A stretch of 64,000 bases of DNA from Alphaproteobacteria bacterium (GTDB taxonomy: Bacteria; Pseudomonadota; Alphaproteobacteria; UBA828): positions 224,001 to 288,000 of the forward strand of contig CBDEFM010000001.1 in NCBI GenBank assembly GCA_965237415.1. The letters run 5' to 3'. The notes beneath the pieces are model-generated. The model was not told the origin of the DNA, searched no databases, and worked only from the letters and a program-made list of their open reading frames with translations. Both the position numbers and the translations under genes were made by a program. Shown piece after piece: positions 60,804 through 64,000 of the stretch (positions are counted from its first letter, which is position 1; the number at the start of each line of letters is the position of its first letter).

Positions 60804-63800
60804 ATGGCTCGCGGGACCGCAGCCGCGCTGCTCACGCTGGCCGTGCTGTTGGGCGTGGCCCTGCCGGGTTCCCCCGCCTACGCGAGCGACGTGCTGTGGG
60901 AGGCCTCGTTGACGGTGGGCAACTACCTGACTGCGGACGAGCCGCATTCGGAGAGGGAACGAGGTTTTCGCAGGGAGTATTGCGTTCCGGAATCCTGGGG
61001 GTCGTACCTCGGTGAGGATTGGTCAAATCTTCTTGAAGAGGATCGATCCAATTATGATATGTGCTATGGCAGCATTTCCGACCGTACGTTCGAAGTGGAT
61101 GGAAGGACCTACACGCTGGAAGGTGTATTTCACTGGGTTTCCGACGAAGTGTTCCTACTCGAATTCACGAGATCGGTCGATATGACCCCGCTGTTGGGCA
61201 AGGAGTTCATCGTCAACGGGGTCACGTTCCGGATGGCAGACGGGAGCTTCCCGGCTGGCAATAGAGGCGACGGCATCGTCTGGCATGCACCCCAATGGAA
61301 CGCCGCCATGGGCTGGGAGGTGGGTTCCACCATCTCGGTGCAAATCAAGGAGTCGGGGCCGCTGACGGCAAAATTCCGGAACCTGCCGAACAGCCACAAC
61401 CGGGAGCCGGCCCTTTTGGGGCTGTATCCGTTTGCCTTTCTGCTTGAGTTCAGCGAGGAGGTCGCGGTCGACGCGGACACCTTGCGCTCGGTGCTGACAG
61501 TGACAGGCGGCGAGATGACCGGCATCGCGCGGCGATATCCGCCGAGGAACCAGATCTGGCGGATCACCGTGCAGCCGGCCTCGCTGGTCGCACCGGTGAT
61601 GCTCACGCTGACGGCGAAGGCGAGCTGCGAGGACGATGGGGCCATCTGCACCGCGGACGGCCGCCGCATGGCCGAGGCGGTCGAGGCCGAGGTGCCGGGC
61701 GCCCCGCCGCCCCGGGTGACGAATGTGGCGATACCGGGATCGTCGGGTCCCGGAGAGAACGGCACCTGGGACACGGGCGAGATCGTCCTTGCGCAGGTGA
61801 GCTTCAGCGTGCCGGTGACATTGGTGAAGCCTGGGGGCAGGGAACCGACCCTCGGCATCCTGCTCGACGGTATGCGCCGCGAGGCGGCGTACTGGACCAG
61901 AACCGAACGGACCCTCCTGTTCCGCTACACGGTGACCGCGGAGGACGACGGGGCGCGCAACGCGTGGGTGGTGTCGAACGGGCTGTCGCTCAACGGTACG
62001 ACCCTCCGTGACGAGATCGACCGGGACGCGAATCTCGGCTTCTCTATCGCGCCGCCCCTCCCCGGGCTTTCGGTAGCGGATGTCACGGTGACGGAGGCCG
62101 CAGGCGCGACGGCGGATTTCGTGGTGACCCTGAGCCCGGCGGCGTCGGAGACGGTGACGGTGGACTACGCCACCTCGGACGGCACCGCGACCGCGGGGGC
62201 GGACTACACGGACACCTCGGGGACGCTCACCTTCAACGCCGGCGAGACCTCGAAGACGGTCTCGGTGCCGGTGGTCGATGACGCCCACGAGGACAGCGGA
62301 GAGACCTTCACGCTGACGCTCAGCAACGCGTCGGGCGGCGAGGCGTATCTTGCCGACGCAAGCGCGACCGGGGCTATCGAGAACGACGACCCCGCGGTGG
62401 AAGCGACGCCGCTGACGGCGGAGGTCCGGGACATTTCCGTGGAGGCCCACGATGGGAGCACGGCGTTCACCTTCGAGCTTCGCTTCAGCGAGGACGTAAC
62501 GGGCCTGAGCTACGCGACGCTACGCAATTCCGCGTTCTCGGTAACGAACGGGCAGGTGACGCGGTCGCGACGCCTCGTGCAAGGGAAGAACAGACGCTGG
62601 GAAATCACCGTCGCGCCCGACGGCAACGACGACGTCACCATCACGCTGCCGGCGACGACGGACTGCGCGGCCACGGGCGCCATCTGCAACGAAGACGGCC
62701 GTCCACTCTCGGCGGCGGTCACGGCGACGGTCCCGCATACGGCGCAGGCGCAGACGGACACGCCCCCGCCGCCGGACTTCCGGGTCCGGTTCGAGGACAT
62801 TCCGGCCGTGCATGACGGGACGAGCGCGATCGTCTTCAAGGTCAAGTTCAACACGAAGCCCAAGGCCAGCTACAGCTACGTCACGATGCGCGACGGCACG
62901 CTGGTCGTCCGGCAGGGCGGAGCGGCCATTGCGGTCACGCGGGCCAAACGCCTCAACAAGCCGCACAACGACCAGTGGGAGATCACGGTCAATCCGGTGT
63001 CGAAGGCGAACATGACGGTCGCGATCCGGCAGACCGCCTCGTGTAGCGAGACGGGCGCGATCTGCACGGAGACGGACGAGCCGCTCGCGAATGGCGGGCT
63101 CTCGCAGACGATCCTCGGCCCGCCGGGGCTCCGGGTGATGGATGCGGAGGTGCGGGAGGCCGCGGACGCGACGGTGGATTTCTCGGTCATCCTGAGCCCC
63201 GTGTCGTCGGCGACGGTGACGGTGAACTACGCCACCGCGGACGACACGGCCACCGCGGGCTCGGACTACACGGCCACGTCGGGGACGCTGACCTTCGAGC
63301 CGGGCGTCACCTTAAAGAGGGTGTCGGTGCCGGTGCTCGACGACGTCCTTGACGATGACGGGGAGACGTTCACGCTGACCTTGAGCAATCCCTCGGGGGC
63401 GAATGCGTATCTGGTGGACGCCACGGCCACGGGCACCATCCGGAACTCCGACCCGCTACAGCAAGCGTGGCTGGCGCGGTTCGGCCGCACGGTGGCCGAC
63501 CAGGTGATCGAGGCGGTGCAGGGCCGTATTCAGGCGCCGCCGCGTCCCGGGGTCGCGGTGAGTCTCGCCGGCCAGGCGATCGGCGGCGACGGATCGTTGT
63601 CCGGGGCCGGTTCCGCGGAGCCGGACGGCGCGGACGCGCGGGCGTCGCTGGCCGAGGAGACCGAGGCCCGGTCGCGGCTGGAGACGATGTCGAACTGGTT
63701 GCAGGGCGAGAATGAGGAGGATGGCAGTCGGGCCGGGTTCCGGTCACGCAGCGTGACGGAACGCGACCTGCTGACCGGGACGTCGTTCTCGCTGACGGGC

Positions 63801-64000
63801 GAGGCCGCGGCGGACGGCGGCTACGCGTCGCTGTGGGGCCGGGGCGCGGTCTCAAGCTTCGACGGCCGCGACGGCGACCTCACGCTCGACGGCGAGGTGA
63901 CGAGCGCCATGCTCGGGGCGGACTGGACGCGCGACCCCGGATCGGGGTCCGGGGCAGGTGCGTGGACCGCCGGGCTTCTGGTGTCGCATTCGCGCGGCGA
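60804..64000 (+). CDS. Large secreted adhesin/autotransporter with Calx-beta and Ig-like repeats (runs off the window)
   Basis: Absent from the ORF track because no stop falls in the window; frame checked at 60804 and 63441. MARGTAAALL...AYA signal; two Calx-beta units (VDYATSDGTATAGADY..SGTLTF); three C-x4-AIC repeats; AWLARFGRTVA linker and start of a beta-barrel-like region. Confidence 0.85.
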   Translation, partial: MARGTAAALLTLAVLLGVALPGSPAYASDVLWEASLTVGNYLTADEPHSERERGFRREYCVPESWGSYLGEDWSNLLEEDRSNYDMCYGSISDRTFEVDGRTYTLEGVFHWVSDEVFLLEFTRSVDMTPLLGKEFIVNGVTFRMADGSFPAGNRGDGIVWHAPQWNAAMGWEVGSTISVQIKESGPLTAKFRNLPNSHNREPALLGLYPFAFLLEFSEEVAVDADTLRSVLTVTGGEMTGIARRYPPRNQIWRITVQPASLVAPVMLTLTAKASCEDDGAICTADGRRMAEAVEAEVPGAPPPRVTNVAIPGSSGPGENGTWDTGEIVLAQVSFSVPVTLVKPGGREPTLGILLDGMRREAAYWTRTERTLLFRYTVTAEDDGARNAWVVSNGLSLNGTTLRDEIDRDANLGFSIAPPLPGLSVADVTVTEAAGATADFVVTLSPAASETVTVDYATSDGTATAGADYTDTSGTLTFNAGETSKTVSVPVVDDAHEDSGETFTLTLSNASGGEAYLADASATGAIENDDPAVEATPLTAEVRDISVEAHDGSTAFTFELRFSEDVTGLSYATLRNSAFSVTNGQVTRSRRLVQGKNRRWEITVAPDGNDDVTITLPATTDCAATGAICNEDGRPLSAAVTATVPHTAQAQTDTPPPPDFRVRFEDIPAVHDGTSAIVFKVKFNTKPKASYSYVTMRDGTLVVRQGGAAIAVTRAKRLNKPHNDQWEITVNPVSKANMTVAIRQTASCSETGAICTETDEPLANGGLSQTILGPPGLRVMDAEVREAADATVDFSVILSPVSSATVTVNYATADDTATAGSDYTATSGTLTFEPGVTLKRVSVPVLDDVLDDDGETFTLTLSNPSGANAYLVDATATGTIRNSDPLQQAWLARFGRTVADQVIEAVQGRIQAPPRPGVAVSLAGQAIGGDGSLSGAGSAEPDGADARASLAEETEARSRLETMSNWLQGENEEDGSRAGFRSRSVTERDLLTGTSFSLTGEAAADGGYASLWGRGAVSSFDGRDGDLTLDGEVTSAMLGADWTRDPGSGSGAGAWTAGLLVSHSRG

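Overview
GC-rich bacterial DNA, probably alphaproteobacterial (inferred from composition and gene content; not verified). Bases 1-18.4 kb look like stable metabolic genome: putrescine uptake potFGHI facing puuA/puuB-like catabolic genes with an AT-richer orphan between them, a TPR-dioxygenase-like fusion, a CUT1 ABC transporter, a cyclophilin and a GMC oxidoreductase. Bases 18.4-51.4 kb are a decaying amine-catabolism region: four trimethylamine/histamine dehydrogenase-family paralogues, a GcvT-family dehydrogenase, a choline-kinase-like gene and a Liv-type ABC transporter. It is interrupted by nested mobile DNA. An IS21 contains an IS1111-type IS110 whose bridge/seek RNA guides can be read from the sequence, and an IS1595 sits inside that RNA. 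The same IS21 has a serine-recombinase element inserted in the istB Walker A codons; excising it would fuse an RBS+ATG in frame to its own first ORF. Bases 51.4-64 kb hold twin tyrosine integrases, three ~91-bp related sites flanking single cargo genes (a candidate cassette/inversion system), an IS1595 carrying a DNA methyltransferase-HNH fusion operon, IS relics, and a large Calx-beta autotransporter running off the window. No rRNA, tRNA or CRISPR array was seen. All alignments and counts were done by eye.
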